32,363 bases of DNA from a virus (lineage: Duplodnaviria > Caudoviricetes). The notes beneath the pieces are model-generated. The model was given only the letters and a program-made list of their open reading frames with translations. It was not told where the DNA came from and searched no databases. Position 1 is the stretch's first letter. Each line of letters opens with the position of its first letter. Below are positions 1 to 7,914 of this stretch, in pieces. Where the stretch lies: the IMG/VR virus record IMGVR_UViG_3300037851_000932, positions 1 to 32,363 of that record. One strand, given 5' to 3'. The position numbers and the translations under genes are program-made.

Positions 1-127
1 CAGCGGCGACCTGTGGACCAGGGCGCGGAAGGACTTGTTCGCGCAGAACCTGATCGACATCGAGAACATCGTCCCTGCCCCGAACTCGTGGGCATCCAAG
101 ACATCCAGGATCATGTTCGACATCGTG
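1..127 (+). repeat. Terminal direct repeat, left copy (identical to 32237-32363)
   Basis: cagcggcgacctgtgg...gttcgacatcgtg matches exactly at both ends. 127 nt equals a common assembler k-mer length, so this is probably circular-contig overlap. Confidence 0.95.
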
Positions 128-3100
128 GGCCACAACACCATCGACATCTCCACCGTCCATGTGTGGGTCATGGGCGACGCGGCCTGGACGGGCGGCGCGT
201 TCGTCGCGCCGTACTCCGGCGTCACGGACTTCGCCACCGGGCGCAGGCTGCGCTTCGAGATCGCCTCGACCGACCCGTGGCCGTGGCAGACCAACGTGTC
301 CGTCAGGGTCGTCGCCAGCGACATGTTCGGGAACGGCGTGGACGAGACCTGGGAGTTCTCCGGCGACTCCGGCCCACCGTACATCCTGTGGGGCGATCCG
401 TGGTACGGCGGCCGCCTGGAGGGGGACGGATACCTCAACTTCTTCGTCACCGACGACAATGCGGGCGTGGACGGCTCCACGCTCGACGCCTATGTCGGCG
501 GCGAGTGGGCCGTAACCCTGGCCAACTGGCCGACCCCGATATTCAAGGCTCCGTACAACGGACCGCTCTCCGACGCCTACCAGGACACCCGCGACGGCAT
601 GGATGGCTACCATATCACGCTGCAGCGCACCAGCCCGTACACATCAGGGCACCAATGGAACCTGCGCGTCCTGTCGGACGACAGGCTCGGGCGGCACCAG
701 GACCAGACATGGCTCCTGAACACCATGCCGTACGTCGAGATCGTTTCCCCGGCCGACGGGTCGCACAACAACGCGCCGCATGCGCAGATGGAATTCTGGA
801 TTCTCGACGACGGGTACCTGCTCCAATCCTCCATCGACGCGTACGCGTCAGGCACGCTTGTGATCGAGCACGGAACCATCGTGACCGGTTGGACATTCTT
901 CGCTGGCGAGATCACGCCAGGCACCCATGATGGATATGACGGATACCATGTGATCCTCGTCCCGAGCCCTGCGTACGGAAACAACTGGCCGACGAACTGC
1001 GAGATGCGGATCATGGCGTCCGATTCGGACGGTTACACCATGGACAGCCGGTCGTGGGAGTTCCACACCGACAACACCGCGCCGAACCTGGAGAACATGT
1101 CCCCGGCTCCTGGATCGTCGAGGCAGCCGCTCGACTCGCTTGTGGTGTTCGATGTCGTGGACCACGAGTCGCATGTGGATAGCAACAACCTCTCCGTCGA
1201 GATCGACGAGGGCGACGGAGCGGTCACGGCCTACACCCACGCTGGAGGCTTCGTGTCCCCGTACGACGGTGGCTCGTCTTCGGTGGCGGCGATAACCGAC
1301 GGGTACCGCGTGACAATCCAGAAAACGGAGGAGTGGGAGACGAGCTGGATCAACATCGCCGTCCAGGCGTACGACCATGTCGGCAATGTCATGGACGATG
1401 GATGGGAATGGAACACGGGGTGGTGCCGTTTCGATCTGCGCGCCCAGTCGGGCGCCGCGAAGTCAGGGCACAAAATGACGGCAGGGACAGGCGGCGCGCC
1501 GACATGGCCGTCCTTCGCGTACAACGCCGCGTCATGCGTGGCGGCGTCCTGGCCGGCGTGGGACGGCTACGGCAACACGCTGACGGCATCCGGTTCCGGA
1601 TCCACCAGGCTGAACGCCGGCTCTCCGCTGAACAGCTCCCTGGACGACTCCGTCGTTTTCGACGGCTCGAGGACATACAGGAACTATGACGGCGATGTGA
1701 CCACACACGACTTCGCCGTGGAGTTGCTGGTCCGCACGCCGCCGAAATCGTCCGGGCACGGATACATCGTCCGCAAAGGGTTTTACTATCCCGGATGGAA
1801 CATCTCCGTCGAGGACGCTCCCGCCGACCCGTACGGATGGGTAGGCAAGCGCATTCGCTGCACCATGGGGTCGGCCAGCAGCCAGTTCTCGGTCGTGTCA
1901 AACACTTTGTGGTACGACACCTGGTACCATGTCCAGGTGCTGGCTGAGCGCAACGGCTATCTGTGTCTGATCGTCAATGGGGACATCCACTCATCGTCGT
2001 ACATCGGTTCGCTCGATGCCGTGTCGCTGACCACGACGCACGGTTTGGTGATCTCCGAGGCGCGGGTCGCCCTGGCGTTCATCCGCTTCTGGACGGCCGA
2101 GAACCTGGTCGGAGGGGGATTCGGGGCATCAATAACCAGGCGGTTCCGGCAGATATGCGGAGCGAATCCGCAGACCGCTGGGCTGGACACGGAGGCGCAG
2201 CGCGACAGGGCGTCGTTCAAGAACCTCGATTCCAAAGGATATGTCCATCGTGTCGGGGAAAACTGGATCGGCACCTGCATGCGCACGGATGCGTCGGTGG
2301 TTCCAACATGGCGCGAGGGGCTGCTCATCGAGGACGCCACAGCGAACTACTGCGGCAAAGGAGATTTCGAGTTCGGTGACTACACACAGGGCAAATGGTA
2401 CGGCTATCTCGGCTGGTCCATCTGGCGTCCGCTCGCCCCAAATCGCGTGTCGGACGCCCTGTACTGTTTCTGCGGAAATCCCTCGGTGTTTACATACGCC
2501 TCGTCATGGGAGGGCAGCGGGCCTGACCGCGTGGTGTACTCGGCATATGTCAAACCATCCAGGAACAACTACCTGTATTTGCGTCTTGATGCTTTTGGTC
2601 CTGTTCTCCATGTGTATGGCACTTATTCGGTGTGGTTGGATGATCCATTCTACATGATCGGGGTGTTCGACTTGACAGGCGCCGGCTCGGCCGCCATCTA
2701 CGACTACCATGGAGGATCGCTGGATCCGCAATCCGCAGCCGAGGAGGCTGGGATAGAACGACTGTCCGACGGCTGGTACAGGATCTGGGTGTCCGGTCCG
2801 TATTCAAAAATGATGAAGCACACTCCCGGCTACGCTCTAACCCCGCGCATACAGCCGTGTAAATCCTTGACCGACCTATCGGCTCCGTCCGGCTCGTACA
2901 GCCCCGGCGACGTGTGGTTCTGGTTCTGGGGGCCGCAGATCGAGAGGTCGGTGACGAACAAGCCAAGCAGCCTGTTCGATTGGGCCCACGACCCGCTGTA
3001 TCCGACCCGCGACCGCGAGCCGGACGATTTCGCGTTCTATTCGTCCTACAACTGCTGGGACGGCTACGGGCGCCTGCGCGCCGAGGTGGTCGGCAGAAAC

Positions 3101-3460
3101 GTCGGCTCGGAGTTGGCAACGACAGAGACGCCCGTGGTCCTGACGGACCTGGTGCCGCCGACAGGCAGGATATCCCTTGACATCGGGGTGTCGGCGGCCG
3201 ACACGCGGTTCGTGGACGGCGCAGCCGACACGACGCTGACGGGGTCGGGCGACATCCTGGACGGCGACATACACTCCATCGAGGCGGCCTACGATTCACT
3301 CGGCGCCGACCTGATCGTCGACAACGCGGTCGAGGCGTCGGGTGCCCCCGATGTTCCGTCCACGACGTCCGGGTACATCTACATCGGTTCCGACCGCCTG
3401 ACGGCGGGGCATTGCCCCGACCTGGCCATCAGGCGCGTGAAGATCTGGAACAAGGAGTGA
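35..3460 (+). CDS. Large virion fibre/spike protein (about four Ig-like repeats, LamG/ConA-like domain, C-terminal beta-sandwich region); true start at 32160 across the junction, about 1178 aa
   Basis: About four ~115-aa repeats (P.P.S...FD/F.V...PY.G...DGY...V.A.D..G...W.F) in the N-terminal ~460 aa. LamG-like segment DFAVELLV...WYHVQV...LIVNG. GLLIE..TANY motif typical of phage fibre proteins. The frame is open back through the terminal repeat to ATG 32160. Confidence 0.75.
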   Translation: MFAQNLIDIENIVPAPNSWASKTSRIMFDIVGHNTIDISTVHVWVMGDAAWTGGAFVAPYSGVTDFATGRRLRFEIASTDPWPWQTNVSVRVVASDMFGNGVDETWEFSGDSGPPYILWGDPWYGGRLEGDGYLNFFVTDDNAGVDGSTLDAYVGGEWAVTLANWPTPIFKAPYNGPLSDAYQDTRDGMDGYHITLQRTSPYTSGHQWNLRVLSDDRLGRHQDQTWLLNTMPYVEIVSPADGSHNNAPHAQMEFWILDDGYLLQSSIDAYASGTLVIEHGTIVTGWTFFAGEITPGTHDGYDGYHVILVPSPAYGNNWPTNCEMRIMASDSDGYTMDSRSWEFHTDNTAPNLENMSPAPGSSRQPLDSLVVFDVVDHESHVDSNNLSVEIDEGDGAVTAYTHAGGFVSPYDGGSSSVAAITDGYRVTIQKTEEWETSWINIAVQAYDHVGNVMDDGWEWNTGWCRFDLRAQSGAAKSGHKMTAGTGGAPTWPSFAYNAASCVAASWPAWDGYGNTLTASGSGSTRLNAGSPLNSSLDDSVVFDGSRTYRNYDGDVTTHDFAVELLVRTPPKSSGHGYIVRKGFYYPGWNISVEDAPADPYGWVGKRIRCTMGSASSQFSVVSNTLWYDTWYHVQVLAERNGYLCLIVNGDIHSSSYIGSLDAVSLTTTHGLVISEARVALAFIRFWTAENLVGGGFGASITRRFRQICGANPQTAGLDTEAQRDRASFKNLDSKGYVHRVGENWIGTCMRTDASVVPTWREGLLIEDATANYCGKGDFEFGDYTQGKWYGYLGWSIWRPLAPNRVSDALYCFCGNPSVFTYASSWEGSGPDRVVYSAYVKPSRNNYLYLRLDAFGPVLHVYGTYSVWLDDPFYMIGVFDLTGAGSAAIYDYHGGSLDPQSAAEEAGIERLSDGWYRIWVSGPYSKMMKHTPGYALTPRIQPCKSLTDLSAPSGSYSPGDVWFWFWGPQIERSVTNKPSSLFDWAHDPLYPTRDREPDDFAFYSSYNCWDGYGRLRAEVVGRNVGSELATTETPVVLTDLVPPTGRISLDIGVSAADTRFVDGAADTTLTGSGDILDGDIHSIEAAYDSLGADLIVDNAVEASGAPDVPSTTSGYIYIGSDRLTAGHCPDLAIRRVKIWNKE

Positions 3461-3466
3461 TGAGCC

Positions 3467-3628
3467 ATGATCCTCAAGGAGAACGGCGAATACATCCTGT
3501 ACGACAGCACCGGCGAACGAGTCCTTGGACGCCACACGACGCGGGCCAAGGCCCTCGCCCAGGAGATAGCGATACGGATCTCGAAGGCGCGGCGCGCGGG
3601 CCGCAGGATACCTGGAGGGAAGAAATGA
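3467..3628 (+). CDS. Small basic phage protein (53 aa, MILKENGEYILYDSTGERVLGRHTTRAKALAQEIAIRISKARRAGRRIPGGKK)
   Basis: Translated by hand (below the ORF-track cutoff). AAGGAG upstream, and its stop overlaps the next ATG (ATGA at 3625-3628). Confidence 0.7.
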   Translation: MILKENGEYILYDSTGERVLGRHTTRAKALAQEIAIRISKARRAGRRIPGGKK

Positions 3629-3816
3629 TCCTCCTGAACACAAGCGATTCAAAACGGATGGCCGTCCTGGCGGAACTCTGCCAGTTCGCCAAGGAACACG
3701 ATATGACCGGGGTGGAGTTCGTGGAGCTGGTCCGCATGTACGCCGACATCAACCCGGCACTCCCGGAATGGCGGACCGTGGTCACACGGATCTGGCTCGG
3801 TCTCGCCGCCAAATAG
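3625..3816 (+). CDS. Hypothetical protein (63 aa, MILLNTSDSK...)
   Basis: GGAGG RBS and ATGA coupling to the previous gene. Last gene of the rightward arm. Confidence 0.6.
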   Translation: MILLNTSDSKRMAVLAELCQFAKEHDMTGVEFVELVRMYADINPALPEWRTVVTRIWLGLAAK

Positions 3817-4369
3817 CCGTCACGCGGTCGTCGCCTGTGCTGGTCTCGAAGAACCCGCGCTCCGCGAACCAACCGCTCGGCACGCTCCAGAGATGGCTCT
3901 CGCGCTCGTTGCCGTATGCCGGGCCGTCCAGCGTTTCCTGGTCCACGGGACACGCGCACAGGATGGCTCCGCAGGAGCGCTGCAGCAGCGACAGGATAGC
4001 GATGGCGTCCGCCTCGGGACAGTGCTCCAGCACATGGATGAGCAGGACGAGGTCGTAGTTCGGAAACCTCAACTGCTGCGAGATGTCGCCGCGCACCACG
4101 CGGCATTCGGGGAACAATCTGGCGATCTCGCGGCAGTTCCCCTCGTCGATCTCCAGCACATCAGTTTTGTACCCGCCACGCAGCAGGTCGGGCAGCAGGA
4201 ATGCCCGCCAGCGAGAGGCTCCCACATACAGAGCCCTCTTCCCCTCGCCGTGCGCCAGCTCGGGGCAGATCGCCCGAACAGTTTGCCACTCGTGGTCGTT
4301 GTCCTGCTCATGGTGCACCCGTGCCAGACCATGTGTCGGCGGCACGCCGTCAAGATGCAGTCGCCTCAT
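3782..4369 (-). CDS. Class I SAM-dependent methyltransferase
   Basis: Motif I-like ALYVGAS, acidic VLEID, RGDI and YDLVLLIHVLEH, typical of small-molecule/glycan class I MTases. GAGGAGG upstream, and ATG 4369 overlaps the stop of the HNH gene. Confidence 0.8.
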   Translation of the reverse strand: MRRLHLDGVPPTHGLARVHHEQDNDHEWQTVRAICPELAHGEGKRALYVGASRWRAFLLPDLLRGGYKTDVLEIDEGNCREIARLFPECRVVRGDISQQLRFPNYDLVLLIHVLEHCPEADAIAILSLLQRSCGAILCACPVDQETLDGPAYGNERESHLWSVPSGWFAERGFFETSTGDDRVTAIWRRDRARSV

Positions 4370-4836
4370 CGCATCCTCCTCGAAATCATCTCGACCGTGT
4401 CGAGAAAAGCATCCACTGTCAGCGCTCCGCGCATGTGGTTGCAGCGTGGGCAGCACGGCATACAATTGTCCCATATGTAGCCAGCTTTATTGTCTATTCT
4501 ATCGACCCCACCGCCCTTTTCGCCACACCATGCGCATGGTTGCGAAATCAAACAGGAAAATTTCTCCAGCGACAAATCCCACTCCAGACCGCGTTTCGCC
4601 GCCGACGCCTGGTACCTGCCATACAACCGCTCTGGCACCGACCGTTCGCGGCACGCCGCGCACAGCGGCAGACCATCCACCCTGGCCGCCACCGCTTTCA
4701 CAAACCCGCACGCCGAGCACGGCTCGGCCTTCGCCAGAGCGAGGCAGTGCTTGCACAACGGGGCGCCGGCACGGCGCGCCCACACCAGGCGCTCGCGCCC
4801 GCACACCGAGCACGGCTCACGCTTGATCGAAGCCAT
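4366..4836 (-). CDS. HNH-type endonuclease with two N-terminal Zn-ribbon repeats
   Basis: EPCSVCG...PLCKHC and EPCSACG...PLCAAC repeats, then AAKRGLEWDLS...PCAWCG...GVDRIDNKAGYIWDNCMPCCPRCNHMRG (phage HNH signature). GGAGG RBS before ATG 4836. Confidence 0.85.
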   Translation of the reverse strand: MASIKREPCSVCGRERLVWARRAGAPLCKHCLALAKAEPCSACGFVKAVAARVDGLPLCAACRERSVPERLYGRYQASAAKRGLEWDLSLEKFSCLISQPCAWCGEKGGGVDRIDNKAGYIWDNCMPCCPRCNHMRGALTVDAFLDTVEMISRRMR

Positions 4837-5239
4837 TGGCGACCTCCCACCTGTCCCACCGCAGCGAGCCGACATCGCCAGCCAGCACCCAGCCGCCATT
4901 CCCCAGCCGCCATTCCCCCGGAGGCGACCCCAGCCGCTCATACTCCGCCAACCACTCGGGATGGCGTATCGGTCTGCCGGACAGCCAGCGGCGAAAGTCG
5001 GCGCGGAACGCCGACTTCAGCCTGTGGCATGGTTTGTACGATGGCGGATCCCATCGCCGACCAGCTTCCACCGGCAGCCGCCTGTCGGCGGCATGTTCCC
5101 GCGATCGCGTCGCGATCCGCATGCATGCCATGCATTGCGCCTGGAGCCCGTCCAGACGCCTCCAGAACGCGCTCCGCCGAGCTTCCCCGCACCGGCATGG
5201 TTTGCATAGGATCCATTCTGATCCAATCATATCGCACAT
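4817..5239 (-). CDS. Hypothetical protein with N-terminal Cys motifs
   Basis: CKPCRCG...DGLQAQCMAC resembles the Zn-finger preceding phage HNH proteins. Fills the gap in the leftward operon. Confidence 0.5.
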   Translation of the reverse strand: MCDMIGSEWILCKPCRCGEARRSAFWRRLDGLQAQCMACMRIATRSREHAADRRLPVEAGRRWDPPSYKPCHRLKSAFRADFRRWLSGRPIRHPEWLAEYERLGSPPGEWRLGNGGWVLAGDVGSLRWDRWEVANGFDQA

Positions 5240-5242
5240 GTG

Positions 5243-5566
5243 TCACCTCTTTTTGTAAGCATCCTTACGCGGTTTCGTGCGATTCGCGGAAACACCGCTC
5301 GTGTCTGCCACGGATGCCCAGTCCTCCGTGCCTCCTGCGCGATTCTGGAGCGTCTGGAGGGTGTCCCTGACCCCAGCCTGGTAGGCGTCCGCGAGATCGC
5401 GCTCGCGCTGCTCGACTCTCATCCTCTCGATGTCCTCCAGCCACACGTCGTCCTCCAGGATCGCGATCGCCTCACTCGTCGTCATCGCGCCGTCTTTTTC
5501 CGATGTCCCGAACTGGGACGCAGAACGGTCTCTGTTTTCCTGATTGTCTGAATGTTTTCGCGTCAT
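5243..5566 (-). CDS. Hypothetical protein (start 5566 or 5485)
   Basis: GAGGAG RBS before ATG 5566. Helical, charged segment EAIAILEDDVWLEDIERMRVEQRERDLADAY. Confidence 0.5.
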   Translation of the reverse strand: MTRKHSDNQENRDRSASQFGTSEKDGAMTTSEAIAILEDDVWLEDIERMRVEQRERDLADAYQAGVRDTLQTLQNRAGGTEDWASVADTSGVSANRTKPRKDAYKKR

Positions 5567-5987
5567 TGAGCTGTCTCCTCGCTTTTTTTTCCATCTCTTC
5601 CCAGCCGCCCTTGGCGGAGCCCTCGATCTCGCGCCTGTCCATATTGTCCAGCAGATCCGCCGTGGTCGGCTCCACATACGGCGCAGGTTCCACGGATGCC
5701 TGGTAGGCATCCATCATGGCGTCCAGCACCGTGTCGATCTCCGCCGCGTGCTCACGGGGCACAGGCTTGGGCGGCGGGGCGTATGGCGGCTTCGGTTCAG
5801 GTTTCGCCTTGGGCTTCAGCTTGGGCGGCGAAGCCGCCCGCCAGGCGTTCCAGTAGTGGTGGCGGCATAACTTTTTGGAATACTGTCGCTCTCCGCACCC
5901 CTCGACCGCGCAGACCCCGGTCTGGGTCCGCGGCCTACCCCTGCGGGGATTGTTCGGATTCCTCGGCATTCTCTTCACCGTATCCAT
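5472..5987 (-). CDS. Zn-finger (C-x4-C...C-xx-H) protein with AT-hook-like RGRP motif
   Basis: PRRGRPR followed by CAVEGCGERQYSKKLCRHHY, a common phage Zn-binding module, then a Pro/Lys-rich linker. Confidence 0.65.
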   Translation of the reverse strand: MDTVKRMPRNPNNPRRGRPRTQTGVCAVEGCGERQYSKKLCRHHYWNAWRAASPPKLKPKAKPEPKPPYAPPPKPVPREHAAEIDTVLDAMMDAYQASVEPAPYVEPTTADLLDNMDRREIEGSAKGGWEEMEKKARRQLNDAKTFRQSGKQRPFCVPVRDIGKRRRDDDE

Positions 5988-6192
5988 CTCGCATGCGCTC
6001 GAGCATCTCGGTCACCAGGATCGCCTGGCCCAGCAGAAGCAAGGTGCCATTGGACATGATGTAGAAATTGTTCATGTTGGCCGTGGGCGTTTTCCACATC
6101 GCCGCAGGGGACACGCCTGCCGCTTTTGCCCTGTCGCGCCAACCAAGGCCTCGCAAAACTTCAACTCGTTTGTGGTTATTGCCCATCGGCAT
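5935..6192 (-). CDS. Hypothetical protein, or degenerate C-terminal part of the methyltransferase remnant
   Basis: Open frame MPMGNNHKRVEVLRGLGWRDRAKAAG...LGQAILVTEMLERMR fills the gap between neighbouring genes. Start is uncertain. Confidence 0.35.
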   Translation of the reverse strand: MPMGNNHKRVEVLRGLGWRDRAKAAGVSPAAMWKTPTANMNNFYIMSNGTLLLLGQAILVTEMLERMRDGYGEENAEESEQSPQG

Positions 6193-6282
6193 CCCAGTCG
6201 GTGGCGTGGACGATCTCGCATCCCGCCTGGATGAAACCGAGATCCATCCCCCGCCACCCGAGAAAAACGATGCGACCCTCAT
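6140..6282 (-). pseudogene. Frameshifted N-terminal remnant of a DNA (cytosine-5) methyltransferase
   Basis: Reads MRVASFFSGGG, then after a shift in a G-run MDLGFIQAGCEIVHATDWD, then after a second shift WAITTNELKF. These match C5-MTase motifs I-III. GGAGG RBS and ATGA coupling to the upstream gene. No catalytic PCQ or ENV motif follows. Confidence 0.65.
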
Positions 6283-6653
6283 TCCGCCACCTCCATCTGC
6301 GCCCATTGGCGCATGCGCGCCTGCAGCCCGATCCTCACGACCTCGGGCATCCCGTCGATCACCGCCGCGATGCGCTCTGTCGCGCAGTAGCGCAACAACC
6401 CGTCATCCAGATCTGGACGCCAGTCCGCCAGCAGCAGCCGCGCCATGCGCTGCGACCACCGCGCCCCCTCCGGCATGGACGCCATCGCGTCCCGCACCGC
6501 GCCCATATGGCGGAATCCCTTCATCCCATTGATAAGATTGCGGATGTTCACATCTCCCTGCTTGTCGTCCATGGTCTTCCCCTTCAGATGTATGCGGCGC
6601 GACACCCGCGCCGCCATGATCGTCGCCGTCATGGCGATGGATTCGTGCGTCAT
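6279..6653 (-). CDS. Hypothetical protein (alternative start 6572)
   Basis: AGAGGAG RBS. ATGA overlaps at both ends (6650-6653 and 6279-6282). Confidence 0.6.
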   Translation of the reverse strand: MTHESIAMTATIMAARVSRRIHLKGKTMDDKQGDVNIRNLINGMKGFRHMGAVRDAMASMPEGARWSQRMARLLLADWRPDLDDGLLRYCATERIAAVIDGMPEVVRIGLQARMRQWAQMEVAE

Positions 6654-7156
6654 CTCCTCTTTCCGGCGATCCCCGCAGCTCCCTTGCCGGCGATCCAGTA
6701 GGACACATCTGGACTCCCCATATCCACCCACGCCAGCCAGCCCTCCGCCCGCGCCATCGCCATCGCCTCGCGCAGCGAGCCATCGTCCTTGCCGAGCGTG
6801 TACAACGAATCCCGCCTGGTGTTGCGGGCGTGCCACGCCATCTGCCAGCCAATGGTGAGACCTGGACTGGCGTTCGCCAGCTCGGTCGGCTCGGCATCCT
6901 CCCACATCTCCCGCAGCATATCCAGCAGCGCGGACACCGTGCCCTCGCACGGCTTGGGAGAAAATTGTTTCAGGCTGTCCGCCATCCGCTTGTCCATCTC
7001 CTTGTCGCTCATGCCTGCCTCCTTTTTCGTTTTCGCCACGATGTTGACCGTGCTGACGCTGATTTTGCATTCGCGCGCCACAGCGCGCTGTGATGATCCG
7101 TTCTCCAGAAGGGAAAGCACTTTGGCCCGTTCCCGTTTCGACAACTTGTCAGCCAT
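6650..7156 (-). CDS. Helix-turn-helix DNA-binding protein
   Basis: N-terminal LSKRERAKVLSLLENGSSQRAVARECKISVSTV is a canonical HTH. AAGGAG upstream. Confidence 0.8.
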   Translation of the reverse strand: MADKLSKRERAKVLSLLENGSSQRAVARECKISVSTVNIVAKTKKEAGMSDKEMDKRMADSLKQFSPKPCEGTVSALLDMLREMWEDAEPTELANASPGLTIGWQMAWHARNTRRDSLYTLGKDDGSLREAMAMARAEGWLAWVDMGSPDVSYWIAGKGAAGIAGKRR

Positions 7157-7183
7157 CCTCACTTCTCCTTGTTTGTTTCCGGT

Positions 7184-7335
7184 CGTTCGAGCGCGCCCCT
7201 AAATGAGGGAGCCTGTGTTCGGCTCCCTCTATAGGGGCGAACCGAACACCCGAACATGCCGTTTTTTGAAGTTAACCCATTGGATTATTTTTGGAATAGT
7301 GTTCGAGTGCTCGAACACCCGCAATCGAACACCTA
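7184..7335. promoter_or_regulatory. Non-coding control region with repeated CGAAC(AC) boxes and inverted repeats (candidate origin or operator array)
   Basis: CGAAC at 7238, 7243, 7251, 7312 and 7326, and inverted (GTTCG) at 7185, 7217 and 7301. Palindrome GTGTTCGAG-TG-CTCGAACAC at 7299-7318. Nested hairpin at 7194-7239. AT-rich core at 7262-7298. Confidence 0.55.
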
Positions 7336-7381
7336 ATGTGTCCTGGCTTACGGTTTTTTGGTTGCGATATAGCATTTCGCT

Positions 7382-7624
7382 TCACAGGGTTTCGTCCTCG
7401 AAACCCGGCTGCTCGGGATGCACCGGCGCACCGCCTCCCCGGCACTTGCATCCCTGCGGAGCCGTGTCGGGATGCGCCGTCTCCTCCAGCAGCCACGCCA
7501 CAGTCTCCCCCCTGGTGCGCCCCAGCGCGTCCGCCAGCGCGTCCAGCGCGTCGAGTTGGTCGCGGGTCATGGTCATCGATACTCCAAGCTTGCGGTTTTC
7601 CTTGCTTTTCCTCGGTTTTCCCAT
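7382..7624 (-). CDS. Ribbon-helix-helix (CopG/Arc-like) transcriptional regulator
   Basis: VSMTMTRDQLDALDALADALGRTRGETVAWLLEE fits the RHH strand-helix-G-helix pattern. GGAGGAG RBS. Confidence 0.8.
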   Translation of the reverse strand: MGKPRKSKENRKLGVSMTMTRDQLDALDALADALGRTRGETVAWLLEETAHPDTAPQGCKCRGGGAPVHPEQPGFEDETL

Positions 7625-7625
7625 G

Positions 7626-7862
7626 CTACTCCTCCCGTGCGATGCGGGTGCGGTACTCGGTCTCGGCGACCGTGCCCTCCGCCATCCCGATGGCGCGCTC
7701 CAACTCGCCGATGCGCCGCTCCAGCCTCCTCGCCCTGTCCATGATGCGCCGGTCGAGATGCGCGTCGCGCCACAGACTGGACAGCAGGAGTTCCGCGTCC
7801 TTGAGCGCCTGGTGTGCCTTCGCGAGTTCGTCCCTGTTGGTGATGTTCGTGCTGATTCTCAT
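7626..7862 (-). CDS. Hypothetical coiled-coil protein, first gene of the leftward arm
   Basis: AAGGAG RBS. Heptad-like segment ARRLERRIGELERAI. Confidence 0.65.
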   Translation of the reverse strand: MRISTNITNRDELAKAHQALKDAELLLSSLWRDAHLDRRIMDRARRLERRIGELERAIGMAEGTVAETEYRTRIAREE

Positions 7863-7914
7863 GTCTTCTCTCCTTGCGATGGGCGGCTTCGCCGCCTGGT
7901 TGCCGCCAGGATCT

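Noticed and set aside
1-127. Terminal repeat as a biological direct terminal repeat
   Set aside because: It is exactly 127 nt and falls in the middle of a gene, which is typical of assembler k-mer overlap on a circular contig. The real genome ends cannot be inferred.
4889-4916. 14-bp tandem duplication (CCAGCCGCCATTCC x2)
   Set aside because: Only two copies inside a hypothetical ORF, with no evidence of function.
7184-7335. CGAAC boxes as LexA/SOS boxes
   Set aside because: Orientation and spacing do not match GAAC-N4-GTTC or GTTC-N7-GTTC.
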